From positions 1-29,328 of the forward strand of contig CAYUMU010000083.1 in NCBI GenBank assembly GCA_964445985.1: a stretch of 29,328 bases of DNA. The letters are read 5' to 3'. A program made the translations under genes and the position numbers. Within the stretch, counting starts at the first letter, position 1, and each line of letters opens with the position of its first letter. This stretch comes from an uncultured Pirellulales bacterium. GTDB taxonomy: Bacteria > Planctomycetota > Planctomycetia > Pirellulales > S012-138. The notes beneath the pieces are model-generated. The model was not told the origin of the DNA, did not search any database, and saw nothing but the letters and a program-made list of their open reading frames with translations. Below are positions 1-9,175 of this stretch, one piece after another.

Positions 1-47
1 CTTCGAGGCTGGGGAGGCCTTCGTAGGGGTCGGGGTCGTCGGCGAAT

Positions 48-126
48 AGTTCGGAGTGGGGAGTTCGGAGTGGGGGGTTCGGAGTTGAAGAGGGCGGATC
101 GGGGGCGTGTTATCGGGGCTGGGCCT
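48..126. repeat. Array of 7-nt units CGGAGTG/GGGAGTT/CGGAGTT (about 6 units) ending in CGGAGTTGAAGAGGG...GCTGGGCC. A related copy lies at 23758-23820.
   Basis: Read directly: cggagtg gggagtt cggagtg gggggtt cggagtt gaagagg ... gctgggcc. The 23758-23820 copy shares ttcggagtg, ggagttgaaga and gctgggcc in the same order. Confidence 0.6.
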
Positions 127-152
127 CGGTGTTGTGAATGCCTTATTTTTGC

Positions 153-211
153 AACCCGACGCGTTAGCGAGGGACGTTCGGGGGGGGACTCCCTCGCTAA
201 CGCGTCGGGTT
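153..211. repeat. Perfect hairpin / inverted repeat: 22-bp stem (153-174 pairs with 190-211) around a 15-nt G-rich loop. Second half of the composite element.
   Basis: acccgacgcgttagcgaggga is the exact reverse complement of tccctcgctaacgcgtcgggt. Non-coding context. Confidence 0.7.
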
Positions 212-224
212 ATGAATCCGTGGC
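181..224. repeat. About 44-nt segment (hairpin loop plus 3' arm plus tail) repeated at 25415-25459 with one mismatch.
   Basis: gggggggactccctcgctaacgcgtcgggttatgaatccgtggcg versus ccgggggactccctcgctaacgcgtcgggttatgaatccgcggcg. The two locations are in different reading-frame contexts and both intergenic. Confidence 0.7.
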
Positions 225-1067
225 GAAGGCTCATATTCCCCGCGAAAGGGACGCACCTGGAATCCGTTAGAGTCAGGAAAATTGAAAATTGGGGGAGGCC
301 CTTGCTGACGCTTCGGGTTGAAAGGGGAGGGATTCGCTCTCGCCGGGTTTTTGGGAATGCTTTGTCAGCCGGAGGGCTTGTTGGCAAGTGGTGCTTGAGG
401 CTGGGTAGGGATGTGGATTGTGATATGGTTTGTTGATAGGAATAACATGCCATAAAACCTAGGCACGACCCAATACATATTTTTTGCCGTTGGGCCATTT
501 TTTCTGAAATTGAGGCGAGCCGAACATGAACGTTCCGGCTTCTTTGGCAGCCGCCATCCGATCGGTGGGGCTGGGCGCGGACGGCCTTCGGCCGGTGGAA
601 GGCTTCAGCGACGCTTGAGGGCTGGTAGGCGCCTGCGTATTGAGATGGCCACGCACCGCGCCCTTCGCTGGGGCTCAGGGGGCGTGCCACACCATGCGGA
701 ATAGTGGTCGCGCATCCCTCGACGATGCCAGCCCACGCTAACCAATGCCACCGGGGATATGCCCCGTGGGCAACCCATTGCTGGCGATAGCCCGATTCTT
801 GTCTCGTTTGCGTACTGGCTCTGGCAAACCATCGAGGGTGCCGTTGCTTCGGCCAGGCATGTGGAACAGGGCCGTCGGCGTAGCATGGGTTTTTCTGGCG
901 AAACCCACTTCCGTGAGCTATTCTGCGGATAGCTCGAATGCGATCATCGCATGCGCATGTCTCTATTCTTGTCCGTGCCTTTCCCATTGTATCGACATCC
1001 GCTGGAACCGAGGGCGGCCCAACGAGCGCGCGCTCGTTGGCTTACCCTTACAAGGAGAAACCCCGTC

Positions 1068-2732
1068 GTGAGTCCTACCAACTGCAATTCTCGGAATTTT
1101 CGGCCGGTGCTGCTGGCGGGCGTTGCCCTGTTCAGCCTTGCCTTCGCTGCCCAGGGCAAAGCCCAAGAGCAACAGCCCAACATTCTGCTGATTGTGTCTG
1201 ACGACACGGGGTATGGCGACTTGGGGCCGTATGGCGGCGGCGAGGGACGCGGGATGCCTACGCCGGCCATTGATCGGTTGGCGGCCCAGGGGATGACGTT
1301 TTTCTCATTTTATGCCCAACCGAGTTGCACGCCGGGCCGCGCGGCCATTCAAACCGGCCGCATCCCCAATCGATCGGGCATGACCACGGTGGCTTTCCAG
1401 GGCCAGGGGGGCGGATTGCCGGCGGCGGAGTGGACCTTGGCTTCCGTGCTCAAAACGGCGGGCTACAAAACGTATTTCACCGGCAAGTGGCATCTGGGGG
1501 AATCGGACTACGCGCTCCCCAACGCGCAAGGTTACGACGTGATGGAGCACTGCTTGCTGTACCATCTCAACGCCTATACCTATGGGGATCCCAAGTGGTT
1601 CCCAGACATGAGCGACGAACTGCGGGCGATGTTCAACAAGGTGACCAAGGGGTCGCTATCGGGCAATGCCGGCGGCAAGGTGACCGAGGACTTCAAGGTG
1701 AATGGCGAGTACGTGGACACGCCCGACAAGGGCCTGGTGGGCATTCCCTTTTTGGACAAGTACGTGGAACAATCGGGCTTGAAGTTCTTGGAAGACGCCG
1801 CCAAGAACCCCGACCAGCCGTTCTTCATCAACATCAACTTCATGAAGGTGCATCAGCCGAACTTGCCGGCGCCGGAGTTCGTGCACAAGTCGATTTCCAA
1901 ATCCAAGTACGCCGATTCCGTGGTTGAGTTGGATACGCGGATTGGCAACGTGATGGAGAAACTCAAGTCGCTGGGCTTGGATAAGAACACGTTGGTGTTT
2001 TACACGACCGACAACGGCGCCTGGCAAGACGTGTATCCCGACGCCGGGTACACGCCGTTTCGCGGCACCAAAGGCACGGTTCGCGAAGGTGGGAACCGCG
2101 TTCCGGCCATCGCCGCGTGGCCGGGCAAAATCAAGGGGGGGGTGCGCAACCACGACATCCTCGGCGGGCTGGACCTGATGGCCACGTTTGCCGCCGTGGC
2201 CGGTATCAAGCTGCCCGAGAAAGATCGCGACGGAGAGCCGATCTACTTCGACAGCTACGACATGACGCCGGTGCTGCTGGGGACGGGCAAGTGCGACCGC
2301 AAATCTTGGTTTTTCTTTACCGAGAATGAGCTCACTCCCGGCGCCGCCCGCGTCAACCAGTTCAAGGCGGTCTTCAATCTGCGGGGCGACAACGGACAGG
2401 CGACCGGCGGATTGGCGGTCGATTCCAACCTGGGCTGGAAGGGGCCGGATAAATACGTGGCCACGGTTCCGCAGATTTTCGACCTGCTGCAAGATCCGCA
2501 AGAACGCTACGACCTGTTCATGAACAATTTCACGGAGCACACCTGGACGCTCGTGACATTCAACCAGGAAATCGCCGACCTGATGAAGACCTACATAAAA
2601 TACCCGCCGCGCAAGTTGCAGAGCGAGGTGTATACCGGGCCGATCACGATTTCGGAATATGAACGGTTCAAGGCGGTGCGAGACATGCTGGAGAAGAACG
2701 GCGTGAATATTCCGCTGCCGACCGGCAACTGA
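1068..2732 (+). CDS. Secreted formylglycine-dependent sulfatase (arylsulfatase family).
   Basis: C-x-P-x-R motif CTPGRAAIQTGR; metal-binding LLIVSDDTGYGDLG; internal GKWHLG. GTG at 1068 is preceded by AGGAGA with a 9-nt spacer and followed by a signal peptide (VSPTNCNSRNFRPVLLAGVALFSLAFAAQGKA). The ORF is open back to 951, but that extension has no RBS or signal-peptide logic. Confidence 0.85.
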   Translation: MSPTNCNSRNFRPVLLAGVALFSLAFAAQGKAQEQQPNILLIVSDDTGYGDLGPYGGGEGRGMPTPAIDRLAAQGMTFFSFYAQPSCTPGRAAIQTGRIPNRSGMTTVAFQGQGGGLPAAEWTLASVLKTAGYKTYFTGKWHLGESDYALPNAQGYDVMEHCLLYHLNAYTYGDPKWFPDMSDELRAMFNKVTKGSLSGNAGGKVTEDFKVNGEYVDTPDKGLVGIPFLDKYVEQSGLKFLEDAAKNPDQPFFININFMKVHQPNLPAPEFVHKSISKSKYADSVVELDTRIGNVMEKLKSLGLDKNTLVFYTTDNGAWQDVYPDAGYTPFRGTKGTVREGGNRVPAIAAWPGKIKGGVRNHDILGGLDLMATFAAVAGIKLPEKDRDGEPIYFDSYDMTPVLLGTGKCDRKSWFFFTENELTPGAARVNQFKAVFNLRGDNGQATGGLAVDSNLGWKGPDKYVATVPQIFDLLQDPQERYDLFMNNFTEHTWTLVTFNQEIADLMKTYIKYPPRKLQSEVYTGPITISEYERFKAVRDMLEKNGVNIPLPTGN

Positions 2733-2741
2733 GCCGGCCTT

Positions 2742-3704
2742 CTAAGGGAGATCGTAGGGCGTGCCGTCGCTACGCCCGGACATATAGAGCAGGGCTTCGG
2801 GCGCGGCATGGGTTTTCACGGCGACGACTCGGGCGTCGCCGTAGGCGAATTGGCTGATGCCAGGGTGCCAACTGCCAAAACGATAGAAGGCTTCGTCGGT
2901 GGTGGCGGCCGAGGCGTTGGTCACCAGCGGAGCGTCAGGCCGGGAGGCCAAGCCCAAGCCGGCGATTTTTGCTCCACCATTGGTACTGGTGGAGACAAAA
3001 GACGCTGAGTGGTAGGGGGCGTCTTCCAGGATCGAGCCGATTTTTGCTGGGTTGAGGTGCTTCTCCCCCACCAGCGCGGTGTAGGTCATCCCATCGGTGA
3101 CGCCGCCAATGGTCACCCGCGAACGAATCGCCGCCGCGGTGGTGACGGCGGCTGCTGGGTGAATGATGGCGCCGCCCATTTGACCACCGGAGGTCAGGGT
3201 GGCAAGGTTCCAACCGGAGAGAGCCGTTGCCAGGGCGGAAGGAACGGTGCTCGAAGTCACGCCCACGCAAACATAGTCGATCGCCTGTCCGCCGTAGGTG
3301 GTATGGCCGTTGAGACGGAAGCCGCGGGTGGGGCAGTGATAGAGTTCGGAGCGGGAGGCTCGCATCAAGGGCGAGTTGGTTACGCCGCTCGACGTGCTCT
3401 GAGCGAAATCCACGCGTTGAAAGGTGGCGTCGTTATCCATCACGGGCCACAGCATGGCCACCCAGCTCACCGGCGTGGCCCCGCCGGCCGCGCAGGGCGG
3501 AAGTTGTTCGCTGTTGCGATCCGCATAGAGCAGCATGCCGGTGGCATACTGCTTGAGATTGCTGGAGCAGTTCGCCCTGCGTGCCGATTCGCGCGCCGCC
3601 TGAATGGCGGGCAGCAGCATCGCGATGAGGATGCCGATAATGGCGATGACAACCAGCAACTCGACCAGAGTGAAAGCGTTGTTCCGGTAACGCGAACGAT
3701 ACAT
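2742..3704 (-). CDS. DUF1559-type protein with N-terminal prepilin-like (type II secretion pseudopilin) methylation/TM segment, typical of Planctomycetes.
   Basis: [52 protein letters not shown], then a Gly/Thr/Ala-rich body ending ...[12 protein letters not shown] at 3704 chosen so the prepilin segment is N-terminal; the ORF is open further upstream. Confidence 0.8.
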   Translation of the reverse strand: MYRSRYRNNAFTLVELLVVIAIIGILIAMLLPAIQAARESARRANCSSNLKQYATGMLLYADRNSEQLPPCAAGGATPVSWVAMLWPVMDNDATFQRVDFAQSTSSGVTNSPLMRASRSELYHCPTRGFRLNGHTTYGGQAIDYVCVGVTSSTVPSALATALSGWNLATLTSGGQMGGAIIHPAAAVTTAAAIRSRVTIGGVTDGMTYTALVGEKHLNPAKIGSILEDAPYHSASFVSTSTNGGAKIAGLGLASRPDAPLVTNASAATTDEAFYRFGSWHPGISQFAYGDARVVAVKTHAAPEALLYMSGRSDGTPYDLP

Positions 3705-4258
3705 CGGATAGATCTCCAAGAGAACGATGGCTGACAAAAAAAGACAAGCAAGGGCCGCCAACCCCGCGGATTCCGTAAACGGAATGTCGAGGGGATCAGC
3801 TTTCGCTTGGTTGGGGATGGGCCGCAATCGGGTGGGGGTGGAATTCAAAGCAGGTTGCGAACGGCACGAGGTGAAAATCAGTGCCTGTGCCGAACGCAGT
3901 CACGAAGATAAGCAAGCTTCGTGCCAGTCGGGGTGATCGTGCGACACGCCAAGGCGAAGCGGGCATGGAGAGGACATCCAAGTCCCCACGCAATTCCTCG
4001 ATTTTTCGCCGATTTTGGGAAGGTAGGCCCCGGTTCGAGGCGAGCGCGGCGGCCCGCGGGCGATGAGGATTCGCGGCTGCCAAAGAGCGCCGGCTTGGAA
4101 CAGGTGCAACTTGTGTTGGCACCTGCTGCTTGTGAGCTGGGCAAGCGTGGTTGTTCGCGGGTTGGCTTGGCCTTGCCTGGGGGGGAAGCTGATGTTGATT
4201 GCAGGCGGCGATGGCTTCTTCGCCGCGGCTCGATCCGCCCAATGGGAACGCGCCGACT

Positions 4259-5719
4259 TTACCCCCCGCTGAATTGTTCGAAGTCGTCGTACAGGCGTTT
4301 GGGGGCGTCTTTGAAGCGGGTGAACTGCTGGAACCAGGCGAGGCGGACGTCGTCGATGGGGCCGTTGCGCTGCTTGGCGATGATGATATCGGCAATGCCG
4401 CGCAGATGTTGGTTGGCCGGGTCTTCCTTCTTTTCCTTGCTCATGTAGTACTCTTCGCGGTGAACGAACATCACCACGTCGGCATCCTGCTCGATGGCGC
4501 CCGATTCGCGGAGGTGGCTGAGGCGGGGGCGATTGTCTTTGGAGAGCTCCGCCAGGCGGTTGAGCTGGGCCAGGCAGATCACGGGAATTTTGAGTTCGCG
4601 GGCCATGGCCTTGAGGCGGCGGGCCATTTTGGCGACCTGCTCTTGCCGCGGATCGTTGGAATTGTCGGGCTCGATCAATTGCAGGTAGTCGATGATCAAG
4701 AGGGCCAGCGAGGCTTTGCGTTTGAGCCGGCGGGCGGCGGCGGCGATTTCCGTCACGGTGCGGCTGGGCGTGTCGTCGATGTAGAGCGGGGCGGTGCTCA
4801 GCTCGGCCGAGGCTTCGACCAGTTCGCGGCGATCGTCGTTGGAGAGGAAGCTGCTGCGGAACTTTTCGCCGGCAATTTCGCCTCGGGCGCAGAGCATGCG
4901 CTGGGCCAGCTCCATCCGCGACATTTCGAGGCTGACAAACAGGGTGGCCATTTTTTGATCGACGGCCACGTGTTCGGCGATGTTGGTGGCGAAGGCGGTT
5001 TTGCCCATGCTGGGCCGGGCGGCCAAGATCACCAGTTCGCCTGGGTGCAGTCCGCCGGTGAGCTCGTCGAGATCGGCAAAGCCGGAGGAGACGCCGGAGT
5101 GGTCGCCTTTGAGGCGTTGGTCGATCTTCAGAAAGGCTTCTTGCACGGCCACGTCGAGTTTGACGACGTCGCCGCTGGCGCGTTTGTCGTGCACGGCGAA
5201 GATTTTTTCTTCGGCCTTGCTCATCACGTGGCGGGAGTCGTCGCCGCTTTCGTAAACGTCGCGGATGATTTCGGTGGCGCTGAGGATGAGCGAGCGGAGC
5301 GTGGCTTTCTCGGCCACGATGCGGGCGTAGTATTCGGCGTTGGCGGCGGTGGGCACGCTTTGGGCCAGTTCGGCCAGGTAGGAAATGCCGCCGATGTCGT
5401 CCAGTTGCGCGGCGCCGCGGAGGCGGTCGAGCAGCAGGGTGGTATCGACGCGCTTGCCCTGTTCGTGGAGGGCGAAGATATGCTCGGCGATGACGCGATG
5501 GGCGTCGAGGTAAAAGTCGTCGGGGCGAAGGATCAGCGCCACCTCGTCGCAGAGGTCGGGCACCAGCATCAGGCTGCCGAGCACGCCCTGTTCGGCCTCC
5601 AGGCTTTGCGGGGGCAATCGCTGGAGCAAGTCGCTGCCAGTCGCGCGGCCGTCTTTACCGGCGTTGTCCCGGTGGCGGCTGTCGGGCCGAACCGATCCGT
5701 CGAAACGCGTTTTCGCCAT
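4259..5719 (-). CDS. dnaB: Replicative DNA helicase DnaB.
   Basis: N-terminal LEAEQGVLGSLML (DnaB N-domain); Walker A ARPSMGKTAFATNIAEH; RecA-like core ...LIIDYLQLI...; 486 aa with no intein-sized insertion. Confidence 0.92.
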   Translation of the reverse strand: MAKTRFDGSVRPDSRHRDNAGKDGRATGSDLLQRLPPQSLEAEQGVLGSLMLVPDLCDEVALILRPDDFYLDAHRVIAEHIFALHEQGKRVDTTLLLDRLRGAAQLDDIGGISYLAELAQSVPTAANAEYYARIVAEKATLRSLILSATEIIRDVYESGDDSRHVMSKAEEKIFAVHDKRASGDVVKLDVAVQEAFLKIDQRLKGDHSGVSSGFADLDELTGGLHPGELVILAARPSMGKTAFATNIAEHVAVDQKMATLFVSLEMSRMELAQRMLCARGEIAGEKFRSSFLSNDDRRELVEASAELSTAPLYIDDTPSRTVTEIAAAARRLKRKASLALLIIDYLQLIEPDNSNDPRQEQVAKMARRLKAMARELKIPVICLAQLNRLAELSKDNRPRLSHLRESGAIEQDADVVMFVHREEYYMSKEKKEDPANQHLRGIADIIIAKQRNGPIDDVRLAWFQQFTRFKDAPKRLYDDFEQFSGG

Positions 5720-6264
5720 GAGCTTTTGATTCGGTTTTGCGGGGAGAGCGGGGCTGGCGGAGCCATGTGGGTGCGAACGGAAATCGGCTCCAACATCCCC
5801 TTGATACTGTTCGGACGTTCCCCATTCTGGCAGTTTTTGGCAGGCGACTCCAGAGTGCGCGCCGCGGGATTTTAGGCCGGGGAGGGGGGTCTACTCCCCA
5901 GGCTGGCCCCGATAAGTTCTCTGCGAACTTGCGTTTGCCGGATGGTTGGAACCCCGTGGCTGGCTGTCAACTTTTTGGGACGCGGGTGTGCAAAACCTGA
6001 CGGCGAAGGGGTCTTGGCGGCTAGGACCGGGAGCGGAACACCCCCTCGGGTGGGGAGGGTGGCGGCCAGCAAATTGCAGCACGATTGAACTTTTCTGGTC
6101 GCAGGAATGACCCAAAATAGATGAGCCAAGCAACATTGCGATCGCTTTCCGTCGTTTGTGATGGTATTCAAGGCCGTTAAGTTATGGCATGCAAAGTGCT
6201 TGCGTACTACGGCGACCAGCAGCGCGCGTGAGGCGCACCGCGTTTTTCAGGAGTAGTGACCTCG

Positions 6265-7320
6265 ATGGCCCCATCTCGCTTACCGCGTCGAACCGTGCTG
6301 CAGGCATTGGCTGCTGGAACTTTAGGCACAGGCTACTGGATTTCGGGTGGGAGCCGGCCAGCCCAAGCGGCCATGGACCCCAAGGTGAAGGCCGCGGTGG
6401 AGCGGGGTTTGGACTGGGTTGCCAAAGCTCAGAACCGCGTGGGGCGGTGGGATGCTTCGAACCAGTACCGGGTGCCGATGACAGCCCTGGCTGGCGTGGC
6501 GCTGGCTTGCCAGGGTTCGACGACCACGCAAGGCAAATATGCCGAGCAGATTCGCCGGGCAACGGATTACTTGATTGCCCAATCGCGGTCGAATGGCCTG
6601 ATCGGCGAGATCAACGACCACCGCTACACCTACGGCCACGGCTTTTCGATGCTGTTTCTGTCGCAAGTGCTTGGTGAAGAAGAAGATATGCAGCGGCGGA
6701 AGCGGTTGACCGAAATTCTCACCAAGGCGGTCGATTTTTGCGTGAAGGCGCAAACGAACGCGGGCGGCTGGGGATATGTGAGCGCCAAAGACGGTGGCGG
6801 GTTCGACGAAGGGTCGACGACGGTGACCCAGGTTCAGGGATTACGCGGCTGTCGGAATGCCGGCATTCCGGTTCCCCGGGAATCGATTGAGAAGGCCATC
6901 AAATACATTCACAACTGCACGATGCCTGATGGGGGCGTTTGTTACAGTTCGCAAAGTCGCGGCGCCAGTCGCCCACCGATCACGGCCGCCGCGGTCGCCT
7001 GCCTGTTTAGTGCTGGCGAATACAAGAGCGACTACGTGAACAAGTTGCTCGACTACTGCAAACGCAACATTCACGACATTGAGAACCCTCGCGACGTATT
7101 TGGCCACTGGCATTACACTTACTACTACTACAGTCAGGCCGTCTACCGCATGCCGGGCAAAGATTGGATCCCCTACCGCGACAAGCTTTACCCTCGCCTG
7201 CTGCGGGAGCAAAGTTCTGAAGGTAACTGGAGCGGTGACATCGGGCCCATTTACGTGACCGCCCTGAACCTGACGATGCTGCAACTCGAGAACAGCTACC
7301 TGCCGATCTATCAGCGGTAA
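6265..7320 (+). CDS. Tat-exported prenyltransferase / squalene-oxidase-repeat (terpene-cyclase-like alpha-alpha toroid) protein.
   Basis: Twin-arginine leader SRLPRRTVLQALAAGTLG...AQAA. Repeated QxxxGxW-type motifs (NRVGRWDAS, NAGGWGYV, MPDGGVCYSS, SEGNWSGD). ATG 6265 is 11 nt after CAGGAG; GTG 6256 is an alternative start. Confidence 0.7.
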   Translation: MAPSRLPRRTVLQALAAGTLGTGYWISGGSRPAQAAMDPKVKAAVERGLDWVAKAQNRVGRWDASNQYRVPMTALAGVALACQGSTTTQGKYAEQIRRATDYLIAQSRSNGLIGEINDHRYTYGHGFSMLFLSQVLGEEEDMQRRKRLTEILTKAVDFCVKAQTNAGGWGYVSAKDGGGFDEGSTTVTQVQGLRGCRNAGIPVPRESIEKAIKYIHNCTMPDGGVCYSSQSRGASRPPITAAAVACLFSAGEYKSDYVNKLLDYCKRNIHDIENPRDVFGHWHYTYYYYSQAVYRMPGKDWIPYRDKLYPRLLREQSSEGNWSGDIGPIYVTALNLTMLQLENSYLPIYQR

Positions 7321-7327
7321 CCTGCTG

Positions 7328-7355
7328 GCGCAGATCAACTTAAGTTGATCTGCGC
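7328..7355. terminator. 28-bp perfect palindrome (gcgcagatcaactt|aagttgatctgcgc) 8 nt after the stop of the 6265-7320 gene. Candidate terminator hairpin or dimeric protein-binding site.
   Basis: Exact 14+14 palindrome read from the sequence. No T-tract follows it, so an intrinsic-terminator call is weak. Confidence 0.35.
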
Positions 7356-7639
7356 AGGGAGTTCCCCTCGCCGGCGGCTGCATGGCTGGGCCGGGAGTGG
7401 GATAGTAGCAGGTTTGCTTATCGAATTTGAAGCAGATTTCATACTGCCTTGTTGAACTTTCCCTCGCCTTGAGGACACCCATTTTACCGAGCAGGGTAGG
7501 CGGAAACGATTTCCCAACGCGGGGTCATCTTCTCTCCGCGGCCCGATCTCGCCCTCGACCTGGCGAGGAGTGGTGCGGATGGCCGCAGGCACTCGTTTAG
7601 AGCGGTGGCCGTGCCCTCCGGATTTTGGTGGGGATAACT

Positions 7640-7669
7640 TTGTGGGTTTCGGAGACAAACGGCTATAAT
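7640..7669 (+). promoter_or_regulatory. Sigma70-like promoter candidate (TTGTGG, 18 nt, TATAAT) upstream of the ECF sigma operon.
   Basis: ttgtgg at 7640-7645 and tataat at 7664-7669, about 110 nt upstream of the sigma-factor start. No canonical ECF-type GGAAC...CGT autoregulatory motif with correct spacing is seen. Confidence 0.25.
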
Positions 7670-7780
7670 AAACACCCAATACGTTGACCGGCCTTTTCGC
7701 CGCCACCGGATTACGCTGGCGGGCGTGCAGCATTGGCTGCCGAAGGACTTGGAGGCAGGCAACGTACGGGAGGAGCTGCC

Positions 7781-8341
7781 GTGACGATTGACGTGGACCA
7801 AGTAACACGCGAGCACTTTCCCCGCATTCATCGGGCCGCGCTGGTTCTCACGGGTAATCCCTGGGATGCCGACGACCTGGCTCAAGAAACGTTTTTGGTG
7901 CTGGCGGCGAAGGGTCACGAGTTTCAAGGACGCAGCAGCACCTACACCTACGTTTATGGCATTTTGTTGAATTTGGAACGCCGGCATCGGCGACGCTCGG
8001 GCATGCAAAAACGAAAGCTACGCGTACTGTGGGACAACGAGCCCCGGGAGCAATCGGTGCCCGCGGCCGAGACGGCGATTGAAGTGGCCGAGTGGAAAAA
8101 CAGTTTGTGGGCGGTGGTTGCCCGGCTGCCTGACGGCCAGCGTCAGGCATTGGTGTTGCGGTTCAGCGAGCATTTACGTTACGACGAGATTGCCGAAGTG
8201 CTGGGTTGCCCGGTGGGCACCGTGAAGTCGCGGATTTTCAATGGATTGACGGCTTTGCGAGAGCAGTTTGGCGCCGGCGACGCGAACGCGGCTGGCGACA
8301 TTCCCCGGCATGCTTGGGAGGATCTCACCCATGCCATTTAA
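7781..8341 (+). CDS. ECF-type RNA polymerase sigma-70 factor (sigma-24 family).
   Basis: Region 2 DADDLAQETFLVLAAKGHEFQGRSSTYTYVYGILLNLERRHRR; region 4 HTH QRQALVLRFSEHLRYDEIAEVLGCPVGTVKSRIFNGLTALRE. GTG 7781 preferred because GGGAGGAG (7768-7775) lies 5 nt upstream. TTG 7733 is an alternative start. Confidence 0.85.
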   Translation: MTIDVDQVTREHFPRIHRAALVLTGNPWDADDLAQETFLVLAAKGHEFQGRSSTYTYVYGILLNLERRHRRRSGMQKRKLRVLWDNEPREQSVPAAETAIEVAEWKNSLWAVVARLPDGQRQALVLRFSEHLRYDEIAEVLGCPVGTVKSRIFNGLTALREQFGAGDANAAGDIPRHAWEDLTHAI

Positions 8342-9131
8342 GCCCAAGTTAGTCTGTTTGGATTTCTCGACCGAGCACGGTGAGAACGAGTCAGCGAACG
8401 CGTTTGGAACTGATGCAGCGCGTGGCGCCCATGGCGATCGCCCCGAACCTACCTCGACCGACATGAACCTGTTTTTTGACGACGATCTGCTGGCCGATTT
8501 GCCGCCTGAGTTGCAGGCGTTCGCCTCGCAATTGAGTGACGAAGCGGATGGGCTGGTCGCGGCTTTTCCGGCGCGGGAAGTCCATTCCGCGCGGGTTGCC
8601 GGTGGAACGAATGGAATGCCGGTTGTTCTTGAAACATGTCTTTCTGAATCATCGCCCGAGTTTACGGTGGGCGGTTCGGGTGGCGTGACTGGTGAGGCTG
8701 GGGTTGGGGTTGGCGGCTGGCGTTGGCCGGGGCGACTGGCTCAGGTGGCCGCCATGATTGCGGTCCTGGCGGGGTTGAGCGCTCTGCCGCTGCAACGCGA
8801 TCATCGGGTGGCGAAAGAAGACGAAGTGGATCGGGAAAGCCAAGCGGGACGGGAAAGCCAAGCGGGCCGGGAAAGCCAAGTGGGCCGGGAAAGCCAAGTG
8901 GGCCGGGAAAGCCAGGTGGCGAGCATGGCCGAGCCAGCGGTGCCGCGGCCAGGGCGAGAGGCCCCATCGATTCAGGAAGTTGAACCAGTGGGGGCCGAAG
9001 CGGCGGTGATTGAGCCGGCAGGGTTATCGCCCACGGGGATGCCAGCCACCACGTTTGTTGAGTTATCGGGCGCGGAACAGGAAGCGTTGTTGGATTTGCT
9101 GAGCGAAACCGCGTCGATGGGATCGATTTAG
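8331..9131 (+). CDS. Putative single-pass membrane anti-sigma factor, translationally coupled to the ECF sigma gene and carrying (RESQ[AV]G)x5 repeats.
   Basis: ATG at 8331 overlaps the sigma stop (ATGCCATTTAA). One predicted TM segment (WRWPGRLAQVAAMIAVLAGLSALPL) sits between an acidic N-domain and a C-terminal repeat-containing domain. Gene order is sigma then partner. I recognise no zinc-finger anti-sigma motif. Confidence 0.5.
   Translation: MPFKPKLVCLDFSTEHGENESANAFGTDAARGAHGDRPEPTSTDMNLFFDDDLLADLPPELQAFASQLSDEADGLVAAFPAREVHSARVAGGTNGMPVVLETCLSESSPEFTVGGSGGVTGEAGVGVGGWRWPGRLAQVAAMIAVLAGLSALPLQRDHRVAKEDEVDRESQAGRESQAGRESQVGRESQVGRESQVASMAEPAVPRPGREAPSIQEVEPVGAEAAVIEPAGLSPTGMPATTFVELSGAEQEALLDLLSETASMGSI
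8832..8921 (+). repeat. Five tandem 18-bp units cgggaaagccaagcgggc (coding RESQAG/RESQVG), in frame inside the anti-sigma candidate.
   Basis: Direct reading; units differ only at A/V codon positions. Confidence 0.9.
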
Positions 9132-9175
9132 TCCGCAGGCGGGCCGACGTCGCACTCTCCCACCAGTCTGGACCC

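Noticed and set aside
2-49. Possible 3' end of a plus-strand gene (…FEAGEAFVGVGVVGE*) at the window edge.
   Set aside because: Only 16 codons are visible. They cannot be distinguished from chance, and the heptad repeat begins immediately after.
1656-2540. 294-aa minus-strand ORF inside the sulfatase gene. The same applies to 3009-3734 (+), 9386-10675 (-), 13224-14102 (-), 23739-25304 (-) and 24200-24772 (-).
   Set aside because: All are antisense or off-frame shadows of genes with clear domain signatures. Their translations are low complexity (R/G/A/P-rich) without motifs.
3796-4395. 199-aa Pro/Ser/Ala-rich minus-strand ORF and 175-aa plus-strand ORF (3921-4448) in the DUF1559-dnaB intergenic region.
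   Set aside because: Low-complexity, Arg-rich translations that overlap the dnaB 3' end and lack an RBS. Treated as a non-coding promoter region.
4259-5719. Intein insertion in DnaB (common in some lineages).
   Set aside because: The protein is 486 aa with contiguous helicase motifs. There is no extra insert of 130 aa or more.
4199-5875. 558-aa plus-strand ORF antisense to dnaB.
   Set aside because: Gly/Ala/Val/Arg-rich low-complexity translation typical of the antisense frame of high-GC coding DNA. It fully overlaps a gene with unmistakable DnaB motifs.
5720-6255. Possible chromosomal origin (oriC) or ncRNA in the 535-bp divergent region next to dnaB.
   Set aside because: No cluster of DnaA-box-like 9-mers (TTATCCACA and variants) and no AT-rich unwinding element could be found by eye. 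A Rfam or DnaA-box scan would be needed, so nothing is called.
8832-8921. Tandem direct repeats considered as a possible CRISPR array or minisatellite.
   Set aside because: Units are 15-18 bp with no spacers, lie in frame inside ORFs and encode peptide repeats. They are not CRISPR.
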